Source: Orbicella franksi
Lineage: Eukaryota
Direction: 5' to 3'
Assembly: GCA_964199315.1 (NCBI GenBank)
Contig: OZ116710.1
Coordinates: 1,240,001 to 1,304,000, forward strand
DNA: 64,000 nt
Below the pieces are notes generated by a model. The model was given only the letters and a program-made list of their open reading frames with translations, was not told the DNA's origin and made no database searches. Positions 37,801 through 50,570 of the stretch are shown piece after piece (positions within the stretch are counted from its first letter, which is position 1; every line of letters starts with the position of its first letter). The position numbers were made by a program, and so were the translations under genes.

Positions 37801-40004
37801 ACTTGGCACACAGTCTTGAGGTGCGACCATATTTCTCCGCCGCTGAGAAAATGGCAAGGGCAAAGTTACTCAAATCCGGGAGACTTAACAAGAAAGAGAA
37901 GTGTTTCTGGTGTCGCTGCTAATACTTCATCCATAATGTTTATTGTCATCACTTCAGCAATTTACATAAGATTTGGTTGCTTAGATAATGTAGATCTCAG
38001 ACAGAGTTTTTGTGGTTCAAACATGATATATAGTTAGTCATAGTTTCTGAAAATACTGTGTGTGGATCCTCACAAACAAAATAGTGTAAATAATATTGTA
38101 ACACGCAGCCGCTGATTGATCAAAGTTTTGGCTTATTTTCTTATCTAAGTGAAAACCGCTACTGAAGTATTCAGTCGGCTTTACCATCATGATGCATCAT
38201 AAAGTACCGTAAAAAAAGCACAAAGTAGCCCTTTCTGGTTCATTCTCCCGTTGGTATAATCGAAACGTAAAAGAAATCCTTACATTAGTTCCAGTGAATG
38301 GGCCAATATTCCATCATTAAAAACTGTGAGGTTTTCTTGACTTTTTGAAAATTCAAGACGCTTGCAAATCGAATTATTTTGTCGATTAATTCAAAATTGA
38401 TGTGAGGTAGCCAGGAAAAATTCAAGATAAAAAATAAGTGCTTACTATAAAAAAATACTCTTTGGTTTTATTGTGTTATGAGCTCACCCGCCGTCCAGCC
38501 GGTCACTGGGGGTCCTGAACCAAGCCTGAACCTTTTCATGAGAACAGATATGGATTTCTGATTTCAAGACTGTTTTTTTTTTCCTTGATTAATATATGGC
38601 TCTTCCATCTGGCCACTTGAGTTTATTTACCTTAGTAAATAATTCAGATATATTGTTAATGTTCTTAAAAATGTATGCGTTTATGATAAATTATATCAGG
38701 AAAGCACATTTCCTCTTGCTGGGTTTTGGTAAGATTTATCGTCAAGATTAGTAAAGTTTGGATTAATTCTACATAGGTTAAAAAGGGGCCTTTTCCGGGC
38801 GACCACTGCAAAATTGCCGGACACATGGGCCCGATTGCTCAATATATCAAGTACGATCTGTTATTACGAACAAATTTCACGCAAGTCAAAGCACGGGTCC
38901 TACATTTGCTTGTATGAGTAACAATAGTAATTGTTCGGATATTTAAAAGCATGGTCAAAACTTTATGGTCCTTGCGCGTGTAAAATAAAGACACCTTTTC
39001 TTATTACAAGAAAATTCCCGTCACCGATGGGAATAAAGAAGCTGGAAATAAAGTTGCGAGTAGTTTCGTGCAATCCGGCTTAAACTCATGTCATTTACAC
39101 GATTCAGAGTTACTGATCGACTTACAAAAGCACTCAAGGTTGAAAGAGTAATTAAAATTAGGTGGTTTCCGTGGCATCCTTCTCCCAACAGGAACGAAAA
39201 ACTTTGCTTCAATGCACAACACGCAATCAGAGCAAAACACAAATTAAAACATGCACTATTGTGTGGCAACTAAAGTGTGACCTTGATGTGTTCACATTTT
39301 CATGACAATAAGACAAGGAAAGACCAGCGATGCCGTACGGAACTACTGAACTGAATTAAAGATGAATGTAATGAAAACTGAGAAAACATTGCGCTTTTAG
39401 TGGTTTTATGCAGGGTTAGTTGCGTTCTAAAGACGGAAGGTTACGGACGTTCAAGGCAGACAAATTGCCTCACGTACTTAGTAACCAAGAGTCGACGATT
39501 ATAAAATGTTTAAGCAAGCAACCGGAACGATGATCCTGCTGGTATACGTTGGATCAATAGTGATCTAATCGGCTTCACGTATAAAATGAAGAATACAAAA
39601 GCAGAAACCGACACAACGTAGGATGATTATAAACCCTCTCACGGTCAGTCCCACCCCCCACCCCCTCTCACTTTTACCCTGATAACACCTGCACCACTCT
39701 CTATGTAAAAATGAACCACCGCTGACAGCGCGTACCCTCCTCCACTGAGTATTTGAGCCGTACATCAACTAGCTAATTTCAGGCTAACTTCTACAGCTGA
39801 GTTGCCAATTACCAGGACGACAAAAAGCACCTTTCATCCCCTTTTTTTTTCGCGTCAAAGTGAGCCTCCAACGTAATAGCTCTTTGGGCTCGTGTCAATC
39901 TCACTGTCGAATTGTCCCTGAGAAAAAAAACTGTGATGAATTTTCATTCAACAGCGAGAACTTCATTGCCACTTGGACTGGGTTTACGCTAGAAGAGATT
40001 TTTC

Positions 40005-40234
40005 CTAGACTACGAGTAGTCCCTCTTTCGCTTAGTCCGTCGTGCGTGACGCGAAAGGAAACCGCGAGAAAAAAATGGCCGCGCGAAATCCTGGGGGCGA
40101 GAAGAACGGCTGCGCGAGATCCTGCGGGTGAGAAGAACGCGAAAGGAGGATTTCGCGCGGCCATTTTTTTCTCGCGGTTTTCTTTCGCGTCACGCACGAC
40201 GGACTAAGCGAAAGAGGGACTACTCGTAGTCTAG
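40005..40234. mobile_element. 230-bp near-perfect foldback MITE
   Basis: CTAGACTACGAGTAGTCCCTCTTTCGCTTAGTCCGTCGTGCGTGACGCGAAAG...GCGCGAAATCC and its reverse complement form ~85-bp arms with about one mismatch. Confidence 0.9.
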
Positions 40235-40292
40235 ATTTTTCCGGATTCGTAAATGATTCCGTATTCATCACTTAAGGTCCTTTAGAGTATTG

Positions 40293-40462
40293 CTGGTTTT
40301 CAGTGTCACGCAATTCAAAATAGATCAAAATAAAAATCAAAACCGGTCAATAGATAAAGTCCAGAATCTGGGAAATGAAAGAAGGTAAATATGCAAAGAC
40401 TCTCGCCAAAATTCTGGACATAGCAATTTTTCTTAAGCGGGATATGCGGAGAAATTTTTTAC

Positions 40463-40496
<34 letters not shown>

Positions 40497-40556
40497 CCCG
40501 GGACGCCATGCTGGTGCCCATCCGTATGGGCTCCAAAATGGCGGCCGGAAACCAAC

Positions 40557-40602
<46 letters not shown>

Positions 40603-40731
40603 CTCGAGGAACTCTAAAACATTAAAATAATACTTTTTCTAAGACATGAACTGTTCAGGTAGCCAAGTTCCCCGAAATAAGTCACTTTTTTAACCATCAT
40701 GACAGGTCTCTAGGCCGTCATGTAAATGCCG

Positions 40732-40764
<33 letters not shown>

Positions 40765-40907
40765 GTATCACAAAACCAAGAACCCATTGGGAGCGAAGAT
40801 TTGTATGAATATAAGTTTTCAGCTGCTCTTATACATCATTTAAGTAAAATCTCAGGAAGATCAATAGTTTAGTAGTTCGAATTTTGGTGACGTCATGTGA
40901 AAACCAG
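40293..40907. mobile_element. MITE with CTGGTTTTCA/TGAAAACCAG ends
   Basis: Terminal inverted repeat is visible; the interior is non-coding. Confidence 0.55.
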
Positions 40908-43900
40908 CTATTCTTACTCCTGGGCGTTTACACTGTAAGGGTATTCGGATTCCTAACCCTTTACACACGACGATTCACGCTGAAATAGTTACCGAACTGA
41001 TTGTTACCTCGACAACGTACTCAGGGTGAAAAATAATGCCGCCAAAAAAGAAGGCTGGGAGTAGGGGGGGACAGTCTGAATTTTTCTTTCTACTCGCTGA
41101 TCACGTCAGTTGTTGTATTGTCCAACCAGGCATTTGTTCTACGTGGTCTCATCCAAAACCGTTGTGGTCTTCGTCATCATCGTCGTCCGTCCCGTCCGAC
41201 AAAATGTAGAGAACGTCAACAATTGGCTTGCGTCATTAATTTCGTCTTCTCTCGAATATGGCATTTCCCATTATAAAATTGAGTGCCTGGTCCTGTAACA
41301 GAATGAAGCAAACAGCGATCGCCATCGGCAATGGAACTACTGGGTCCATCACTTCGGTTCTACTACAACCTCAAAAGTGGGCAGAAAAAGTAGCAGACGG
41401 GAAAAAATGTTCCCACTTTAAAATACGGATTCAAAATCTCCGGGACACGATCAAACCCAGGAGTTTATATTTCTTCGGCCGACTTGTGTGTAAACGACAA
41501 AATCAATCCGGTACTAAAACAATCTGGATTCGTCTCGAATCCGAAACAATTTCCGTTTAGTGTAAACCTAGTGTCATTTCACACGATAGCGACTATCATG
41601 TAAAAGTAAACTTTCGCTGCAGTTTAACGGACTACAGTCGCAGCTCATTGTAGACAATTTTTTTTTTATAATTTCTATAAGTTATTATATTACGGAATGC
41701 TGGTATCAAATATACAAATAAATTGGGTAGAAAATTCTACAGCGAAAAAAAATTAAAGGGTATTTTGAAGAAGCGCAAAATTACAAGTATTGATAGAAGT
41801 GTTAAGTTCATCAAATGTGATTTTATGAGAGGATATCAAGAAATCAGAACTTCACACACGTTTTGAATCTTTTGGTTGATTACTTCTTTCTTTTTAGTTT
41901 TTAGTCTTTTGGCATTTTTTCCCTCTATTGCAAGATGATGAAGCTAGTTCCCTTGACATCAAGCACTTGGGCTCTGTAACAAACTAATCACAACTAGAAT
42001 AGAAAACTGAATGATTTAATGAAGGCGACTTTTCTCACGCATCATCAATTCCACACACACCAAAAAAAATACACAAAACGGAAAACCGACAATTTAGCCA
42101 AAGGCTTTCATGACGATTGACTTAACTCGTGTATTGAAGCAGACATTTTATCAAGACATTAAATGGTGACGAACCTGGATAGAAATGAATAAATTCCATG
42201 CAGGGGGGATGGGCGCAGGCAGTATTGGTGACGCGGGCGACATGAAACAGAATGAAAATAAATATAAATAAATAATTTAAAAAAGGTATATTGAGCGATA
42301 GACAATTTAAAACTACGCAAACGAAGTAAAATCAAAATAAACAGTAGCTGGGTCTGACAAGCAATAGCAACTTCAAGCAATTTTAGATTGTTGTAAACAG
42401 ACAAACACAGTCTGTTGTCTCGGTAGTGATTTGCCTAAAAATAAACTTCACGACAGTATAGTGGTTTCTTATACACTTCAACTGATATAGCGCTGATAGG
42501 AATAGCGGCTTTCGATGAAAAGTCGCCCAATATCTCTCTGTTCAGTCACGTAGAGTACATAACAGTGCATGTATCTGATGTATTTTGCCTTTGCTTTGCC
42601 CCAGTACAGCGACATCATCACTCGGCACAGAAGTGCCATGACATCAGTTTAGTTTAGCCTTTGCTCTCACTTATTCTCTCCCTAGTATCTTTCCGAACTC
42701 AATCGAACACAGCCCAATGGACTGAGTTCGATTGGGTTAGATTTGTTCGCTTTAGCCTGGGAGCATGCTCTCATCATTCGTGGCACGAGAAAAGCCGTCG
42801 GCGAGTATCGTTGGTGGCACGAACAAAGCCGTCGACGAACGAAGCGTGAGTCTCCTCACCGGCTTGCTTCGCTCGGTTACTCTTTGCTTATCGCCTTTGT
42901 TCTTGCTGCAACGCATAAGAGCCTGCTCGCTGGCTATGTTTGGTTAGGTTCGACTGGTTCGGAAATCGAACTCATACAAAGTTCGGTGTTCGATTTCGTT
43001 CTATTGCAGAACTACAATCGTACTCAATCGAACTCAATCCATTGATTGAGTTCGATTTCCGAACGTTCGATTGACCATGCCGAGATGAACATGAAAGCAC
43101 CAGGAACTTCTTGAGTATCACTGATTGCCCGCTATGCTGTAAAAGGTAATCCGGTTTGAAATGAAATGAGCATTGTCGACTTATTGTGTTGGAAAATTCA
43201 TTATGCGAAAAACCAAGCTTGAATGGAGCGGAAATGAAAAGATCTGACTCGTGCTGTGAGCGCATCACGAGAAAGTTAATAAGCTAATGGAAGCTCGGAA
43301 ACTAAAAAAGGATCAAAGTTCTGTGGCCTCGAGAACTGTTCAAGGGTCGTACAAGTTATCAGTTACGTTTGGATGAAGACAAAATGCTGATGATAAGCAT
43401 TGAAGCTCTCAAAGCTCGAAGGGAAGAGAAGTACTTACTAACTTAACTTGTTCGAGCCATACTGACGGGAATATTATTGGCCCAGCTCGGACGTCGTTTT
43501 TGTACGAACCTCGCTGCGCACGCTCCATACTACGTGTACTGCCGCGACGTATCTCGGGCCAATATTCCCCGGTACAGAGGTTGGTATCAGGTTCATGCAC
43601 AAGTTATTGTATTTTTCACGTGTGAACACTTTTGCTAACGACAACAATATTCTCAAGTTTAATAAGTGAGCCTAAACTTGTCGAGATTAAGTCGAGATCG
43701 AGATCTTCGGGTCTTCGATCCTCGGAAATCTCTGGCTACCTTCAGAAAATCTTCCCTGCAGATGTTTATTATTGTCCACAGAACCACGAGAGGACGGAGC
43801 ATCTTGACAAAACCAAGCAATGTATAGAGAACTAATTAGCTGTTATATTGTTAATCATGATCATTTTATGGTCGAGAGCTCGTAAAAATAGCCAGTTATG

Positions 43901-44091
43901 CATCTTGTGCTCTGTAAAGTATTATTAACTTCCATTTCGGCTTGACATCAAAACGAATCCCTTCTTTGTATGAGGGCCTTCCGGAAGACAGAGTTCCAAA
44001 CTGACTGTAAATCTTTTGCTGATACAAAATTACACCCTTGCCTTTTACGAACTTGAGCATTATCGAGTAGCGGCGTGATAAAAGTGCATGA

Positions 44092-44481
44092 CTAGAAGGG
44101 GTGGCGAATGGTAAATGCGAGACTTTGCGAGACGACGAGATTAACGTTTTTCCTTGCGATCCCGAGACATTTTAATTTCTTCAATTGCGAGACCGAGACT
44201 TTAAAGCTCTTTAAAGTGTTTTAAATGCGAGCTCGAGACGTTCAGGTTCTAAGATGTTGTGATGTCTTTTAACTTTACCAACAAAAATAATTTAAACAAA
44301 TCGGTACTAAACGACTTTCTTAGCCTTGAAAAAAATCGAGACTGCGAGACAGCTTTGTGAGAAAAATCGAGACTGTGAGATGCACATAACCGCTAAAAAA
44401 CTAGACTGCGAGACTCGTGAAATTCGACGAAAATTTTGCGAGACCATGGGTTTTTAAAGGATCATTCGCCACCCCTACTAG
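44092..44481. mobile_element. MITE with 19-bp TIRs and internal TGCGAGAC repeats
   Basis: CTAGAAGGGGTGGCGAATG ... CATTCGCCACCCCTACTAG (one mismatch). Confidence 0.75.
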
Positions 44482-45689
44482 ACAAGGATTTCATCTCGGG
44501 ATAAACCGTCAATCAGGCCAAATCCTGAACTGAACGGCTTCCCAGGGTAATAAAACTGTGGAACGTTGGTGGCGTGCTGGTTATTGAGCATTTTATTTCA
44601 CCGGGAATTATATCTATATAAGAAATAAGACAAATAAGATGAGTTGGTCGAAGATCATACTCCCTTTGCACTTTGAATCTTTATAAAACTGGGCGGGAAG
44701 GATCAGGGTGTTTCTCTAATTTTAGAATTTTTCAAAATGGTACTTTTAATTTTTAAATTGTACTTAGCTCTTATTAACCAAGCTGGAGAATCTTGACCGA
44801 GGCCGTGAATAGAGATCGAACGAAAAATTCTTCACGTGAGACACTCGAGTCAGTCGAGTGTGAATCTTCGTCCCCCATTTTGAATTTTCTTTAAAAAATC
44901 GCTGATCTAGCAGCCCGACTATCTGGAGCTGGAACCAATGATCTGCTCCAAGGAGGAGGGGGATCTGGCTCCTTTTTCACAGAAAATTCATAAATTGTCT
45001 ACTAAGACATTGTTAAATATGGAAGCATGGCCAATTTGAGCATCAAGCTGCTCCGATTTCTCAGAATTGGTAGAAAACTAGAAATTGCTCAGAATGCAAA
45101 AGGTTGCTCGATAGGAAAAACGTTGCTCGAAATACGAGAAGTTGCTAAAAAGTTGCCGAGCAACTTGTGGAAAGCCCTAGCTCCTATGGATACCACCCTA
45201 GTTGCTGAATGGGCTACCCTGGTAAAATAAAGTTGCTTACTTACTTACTCGTCCCGCCGAATTCCGATTCCTCCGGGGGCATCATGTTTCTTGGTGACTG
45301 TTCTAAGCCTTTTTCTAATGCCAACTATCTCGATCTCTATCGTTTTTTCTCTTTCTTCCGGCATACCCCGGCAATGGGAATCCCACCTCCCGTCTTCTCT
45401 TTTCTTTTCCCCCTTTTCCCATCTTCCGTAGGGTTCTAGCAACCTCCCTATCTGCCTACCTAATCAGATCAATTGGATCCACACATCGTCATAACGTTCA
45501 TTTTAAATTAGAAAATTAGTTCACTTTCATATCCATCATTTTCTCTTGTATCCATACATTGTAATAGTTTTAGTAAACGTATTTTAGTATTTTGATATTT
45601 TAGTATCTAGATTAGTTTGAGTAGATAGGTGTCCCCAATTAGCTTACTGTATAGCTAAATACATCATGGACATGGAAATGAATGTTTAT

Positions 45690-46390
45690 TATTATTAATA
45701 AGCCCAATAAAATTACTATTATTTTTATTGATTGTTTTATTAATATTTTATTTTTATCGAAACTGTAGTATATGAATAGTGTTTTTTCCCTCATTATTTT
45801 TATTATTATCATCATCATCATCATTATCATCATCATTAAACGCTAACCGGGCGTGTGTCCACTAATTTTAGAAAGTCGATAATGGCATCAGCTTGTGAAT
45901 TAGTATTTCAGGATCTCATGATATTTTTATTTTCATCAAAATTTAAGTCTACGTTAGTGGACTGTGTGAAGATTTGTTAAATAGGTTTTCTGAGGAGATT
46001 TTCACAAAGTTTTCATTATTACTTTTATCACAACTATTATTATTATTATTATAATTATAATTATTATTATTTACTTTTACCTTGTAATATACCGATATTG
46101 ACGTTGAAGCCCAGGAGGGAGCCATTATGTAAACACTGTTGAAATAGGTTTTAATGGTTTATTTCTTTTACTTACTTTTACCTTGTATATACCAATTTGT
46201 ATGGAATATGTTAATTAATGTTATGATGATGATAGTAGTATTAGTATTAGTTGTAGTAACCATGATATCATGATTAGATACGGAAACATGTTTTACAGGT
46301 TTAACAGACATCAAATTATGTAAATATTATAGCATTTTGCAAAGCTTAAAATTAAAAAAAAAATTATTATTATTATTATAAATGAGGTCA
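45690..46390. repeat. AT-rich low-complexity tract with (ATC)n and (ATT)n microsatellites
   Basis: (ATC)n at about 45805-45836, (ATT)n at about 46035-46070 and 46363-46379; TTACTTTTACCTTGTA occurs twice. Confidence 0.8.
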
Positions 46391-46727
46391 AATGAGTTTT
46401 TCATACTTGAGGGACAAAGGAAAAGAAGGGCTGCTCGTAGTCCGTATGCCTTCTATAGCTGCGTCTGTATGACGTCTTTACCTTAATTACCTTGAAATTA
46501 CCGAATAAAATTTCAATGCTACATTGACTGGCAAGGTGCGGAAAATCAGTTGTAATAAACGGGCGGTTTAATCCCGGGAAGGGTATTCCCAGAACCCGGG
46601 GATTTATTTCAGAAATACTGATCGACCCCTGATCGTATAAAGGAAACAGTGCTTCTCATAAACTAAGCAGAGGTCTATTTTTTACAATTTTCACTTCTAG
46701 TCACAGACAACATAACCGAAGAAGAGG

Positions 46728-47172
46728 CCAGACACTTCTCACACATCCGGTTTTGTGGAAACACCGTTTGGACCGTTTGCCCGATTCCAAACGAAAAAGG
46801 AAAATTGGAAGCTACCGTAACATGGCGCATAATTTTTTCGTGATAACGTACGAGACAAGTTTACTAGCGGTACAACATGTTTGCCATGCCTGCGCTGAGG
46901 CTCATGCCGGGGGCTCATGTAAGGATACGAAGTAAATCTCCTAAACGCACCACGACAATTTGATTTATATTTTATAATTTGTTTTCTTAAGGCTGGGCGT
47001 GGTCGGGTGTAGTTTCCTGTAGAGTGACCAGACACTTCTCACGCATCCGGTTTTGTGGACACACCGTTTGGACCGTTTGCCCGGAACGATTCCAAACGAA
47101 AAAGGAAAATTGGAAGCTGCCGTAACATGGTGCATAATTTTTTCGTGATAACGTACGACACAAGTTTACTAG
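46728..47172. repeat. Direct duplication of ~140 bp, period 300 bp, upstream of the 626-aa ORF
   Basis: CCAGACACTTCTCAC..CATCCGGTTTTGTGG...AAGTTTACTAG at 46728-46868 and 47028-47172, with a few substitutions and a 4-bp indel. Confidence 0.9.
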
Positions 47173-47429
47173 AGGTACAAGAATTCTTTTTCCCGGATTT
47201 GAACCATGTGTTAAAAGCAATCACGGGACAGCAATACGATCTGCTGTTGGTATTGTTATTGACAAAAGCTTGACAGCCAAAATAATTTGCATTCTTTCAA
47301 CCCATATATTCTCCAACGAATGGTATCACTTTTCATATCATGTACATGGGTCGTCTCAGGGCAAAGGATTGATCTCAGGTTCGCTTTTATTTTGGACCTT
47401 GCGTGAGATATAAACTGAATAATATTTCT

Positions 47430-49283
47430 ATGGCGACTTCAACAGTCGAGGCGGTTTATGTACCAAACAACATCGATGGAAAGGACTACTTGGATAACCA
47501 ACGTTGGCGTCTTCGAATTTGGATTTGTTCTGGCATATCCACGTTGATTGTGTTATCAACAGCCCTAGCACTCATTATTCTCATTTTGAACTTCTCAACG
47601 TTTCTCTCACAGACTTATGATCTTGCTGAAGGCGACATGAGGCTGATTTCGGTATCAACAGCTTTCTGTGAAGAAATTTCTCTCGGCAAGGACTCTTCCA
47701 AACGAAAGCTCTGGATTGTACCGTCCTCCCACGTAAGTCCCCAACCGCGACAAACAAATATGTCGACCGAAGTGTTTGTATCTAAATTTAAATATTGGTA
47801 CAAGGGTTTCTATTTACTTGAGGGATCTTCTGTTATCATAGATGCCAAGTCTGAGAGCTCTTTAAAGCTCTTTATTTTCAAAGACAGAAAGCGTTTGGAC
47901 GAATGGCTTGATCGCAACAGTGATTCAACTGAGACCATCAGTAGCGATACAGAGTATTCCTCGCAGCCTTCGAAAATATCTTACACTCTTAACGTTCATG
48001 AAACAGGCAACTACTTCATTCTCTTTAGTTACGCCAGAGGAAAGAAAGACTTCACAAGGATGAAACTAGATTTGATTTTGAACCGTAAGGTGTACGATCT
48101 AGAATCTTCAATTTTCAGTTGTAACGCGGCATCCAGAGAAACGTGTTCGGCGCGGTTATTGTTTGGGTCATCTGAAGTTGGCGTGCTCGAGGTCACGAAC
48201 GAGCCTTCTTATCTCAGTAATGAGCTTATTTCCACTTGGCGATGTGAGCCACGCATCTGGTTTTACGTGGCGGTCTTTGTAGGGCCCATCTTGTTAGCTA
48301 TCGTCGCCAGCTTCGTGTTCTATTTTGTTTTCGTCAACCGCACGAGAGACAGACATTTACAGAGGCTTGCGATCCAAAGGCAACAAGTGCTAAGACGCAC
48401 AAGTAGCACTTGTTGTGAACGAAGTAACCCCTTTGGTAATAATAGGAGTTTGAACGGTTCATTGAGGAGACCTCCCAGTCGAACACCAAGCACACGTAGC
48501 TTTGGTAACCAGAACGACATGTCACGCGCCACCTGTCTGCAGCCTTTTGTGACAACCATGTATACGGGAAACTCAATAAGCGAAGACAGCGGGCACGACA
48601 CAGACGAGGATGATAAAAGAACGAGCAACTCGGTCCGCCCTCAAAAGCGAACATCCTCTGTTGATGGAGCCTCTTTGGCCTCAGGAGACAGTGTCTCTAG
48701 AAGACCAAGTTTCAGTACATTCCAAGGGAGCGAGGATGAAAATTCGAGTGTCACAAAGATTGAAGCTGTTTCGTCACACAACAGAAGTGGACGAGTCCGT
48801 GACAAAAGCCGCGAAAGACGGTCTGCTGATGAAAGAGCAAACAAAGCTTCATTTAAGATAAGATCTGATCGCGATGAAATGCGTGATAAAATTCCCAATG
48901 GTAGTCTTTCCAGAAACTATCCTACTAGGAGATATTCCAGTGATGAGTTACATGACCGAAGAATTAAAACACTGCCTCGAAATCGTGGCAACACAGCACC
49001 TGCTATCCATCCCAGCAGTCGACGTGCCCCCAAAGCGCAGCTTCTGCCCAGTAGACCAGCCTCTCTTCCATGTTTGCAGCAACCTGACGGGGCATGGGGA
49101 CTACCTTCAGATTTAGTACTCGACTGCCGACCGAAAGTCAGTGGTTCTATAAGTGAAGACGATTTTCGCCCAGCTCGAGAGGAAAGCACAATTGAACCTC
49201 AGGAAATTAAATTACGGACGCATTCCGGGAGACGGCGAGAGATGGGCTGGTCTCCAAGACTTTCTATGGTATCCGAGGTGTAA
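47430..49283 (+). CDS. Intronless two-TM membrane protein with APD1-4 N/middle-like domains (DUF4792/DUF4793-like) and a long Ser/Arg-rich tail; no RING visible
   Basis: Uninterrupted 626-codon ORF (first ATG at 47430). TM1 IWICSGISTLIVLSTALALIILIL; YDLAEGDMRLISVSTAFCEEISL and YWYKGFYLLEGS resemble APD1-4 domain motifs (from memory); TM2 IWFYVAVFVGPILLAIVASFVFYFVFV; C-terminus VSEV; AATAAA at 49956. Confidence 0.8.
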   Translation: MATSTVEAVYVPNNIDGKDYLDNQRWRLRIWICSGISTLIVLSTALALIILILNFSTFLSQTYDLAEGDMRLISVSTAFCEEISLGKDSSKRKLWIVPSSHVSPQPRQTNMSTEVFVSKFKYWYKGFYLLEGSSVIIDAKSESSLKLFIFKDRKRLDEWLDRNSDSTETISSDTEYSSQPSKISYTLNVHETGNYFILFSYARGKKDFTRMKLDLILNRKVYDLESSIFSCNAASRETCSARLLFGSSEVGVLEVTNEPSYLSNELISTWRCEPRIWFYVAVFVGPILLAIVASFVFYFVFVNRTRDRHLQRLAIQRQQVLRRTSSTCCERSNPFGNNRSLNGSLRRPPSRTPSTRSFGNQNDMSRATCLQPFVTTMYTGNSISEDSGHDTDEDDKRTSNSVRPQKRTSSVDGASLASGDSVSRRPSFSTFQGSEDENSSVTKIEAVSSHNRSGRVRDKSRERRSADERANKASFKIRSDRDEMRDKIPNGSLSRNYPTRRYSSDELHDRRIKTLPRNRGNTAPAIHPSSRRAPKAQLLPSRPASLPCLQQPDGAWGLPSDLVLDCRPKVSGSISEDDFRPAREESTIEPQEIKLRTHSGRRREMGWSPRLSMVSEV

Positions 49284-49614
49284 AAAAGCTTTGATCAAAT
49301 TACGACTTTCTTAAAAAGCAAATATTTGTGTCGTCTAAGTCAAACATAAAGCTATTCAGGTTTTGTTAACACCTTGCGCTTGTCTGCACGTGATCCAAGT
49401 CTTGTTGTTGGCATGTTGCAGGTGACAGTAATGTTAGTTGTTCATGCTATTGCATTTATTGTAATTTTCTTGGCACCCGTGATTGAGTGATCGGGAGGAA
49501 AGCGTTGCTTGAAAAGATTAAATCAGTTTCCCGATAAAAGTAAACTGGTACAGCCTATTCAAGCCGAATTCGTGTCCGTGGCTGCAAGTGGCCGGTTCAC
49601 ATACAGCGGAAATG

Positions 49615-49800
49615 CTAGCCTCTTCCTGGCGTTCAGTTAGTTGGGACGCAGTGCGAAAAAGAGGAGAGAAGGGGCTTGGTACGAGAAGCGAACGAACGCT
49701 TCCTCTCGCATTCCCGCGCAGCGTTTCTCCACTTTTCTTTCGCGCGCCATTTGTCCCGCTGCACACCAAGTAACTCCACGCCTGCTGGAAGAGACTACGA
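49615..49800. mobile_element. MITE in the probable 3' UTR of the 626-aa gene
   Basis: Inverted ends TAGCCTCTTCCTGGCG.. / ..CGCCTGCTGGAAGAGACTA. Confidence 0.55.
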
Positions 49801-50357
49801 GAATGTGAATTCTCGTGGTGCTAAAAGCACTGCTTTGACTGAACATTAATTGACAATTCTAACTCTACCTATCGTTTTCATTCGGCGTTCATCTATGTAT
49901 ATTTCTTTGATTGTATTTTGTTACTGTCGTAACCGGTCTCGCCAAGTCCAAGTTAAATAAACATTTTGTTTACTCTGGCAAATATTTTTAAGTGAGCAAT
50001 TCTAAGCTCAAAGTTTCGCGCAAATGACCTACTAAACTAAGAAAAGCATAATTTAGTGGCTGTTCAATTAAACTGGAATAAGGCATTTTTTATGTTCTTG
50101 TTCAATAGTGAGTTTTTTCTGGCAATAATTTAGTAACAAGCACGCACAAGTTGGCAGAGGCAAATACTATAACCACCTGTTCTGGTCATTTGCCAGTAAT
50201 TAGATTGCTAACCAGTCTTTTTCCCTGTCGTAATTGTTCGGTTTTTCCCATCACACGGTCTCTTATAATGTAAACGTTCCCCATCCTCCCCTCCTTTGTG
50301 CTTGCTTGACACTTGGCCATATTTGGGAAGGAAATATCTTTTTATTTATCAGTACCC

Positions 50358-50570
50358 CTGCCGGGTTGTTCAAAGCCCGATTAAGCTAACCCAGGATTAA
50401 CCAGAATTTTGATTTTAGTTCTATAACTATTCGGCGAGGTTTTCTGTTGATAGTGTACGTCCTCAAGCGTAATAACATAAGCAGTGACAAGCATTTAAAA
50501 GAAAAAGAGAATACTTTGGTTAACTTTTAATCCTGGTTTAGCGTTAATGAACAACCCGGCACAGTTAATT
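50358..50570. mobile_element. MITE with a second copy at about 59082-59320
   Basis: CCGGGTTG[T/C]TCAAAGCCCGATTAAGCTAACCCAG is shared by both copies, as is TAACTTTTAATCCTGG near the other end. Confidence 0.7.

Noticed and set aside
48320-49189. Several 80-106-aa ORFs overlapping the 626-aa gene, and similar ones over the REJ and PM20D2 exons
   Set aside because: Alternative-frame or antisense shadows of real coding exons.
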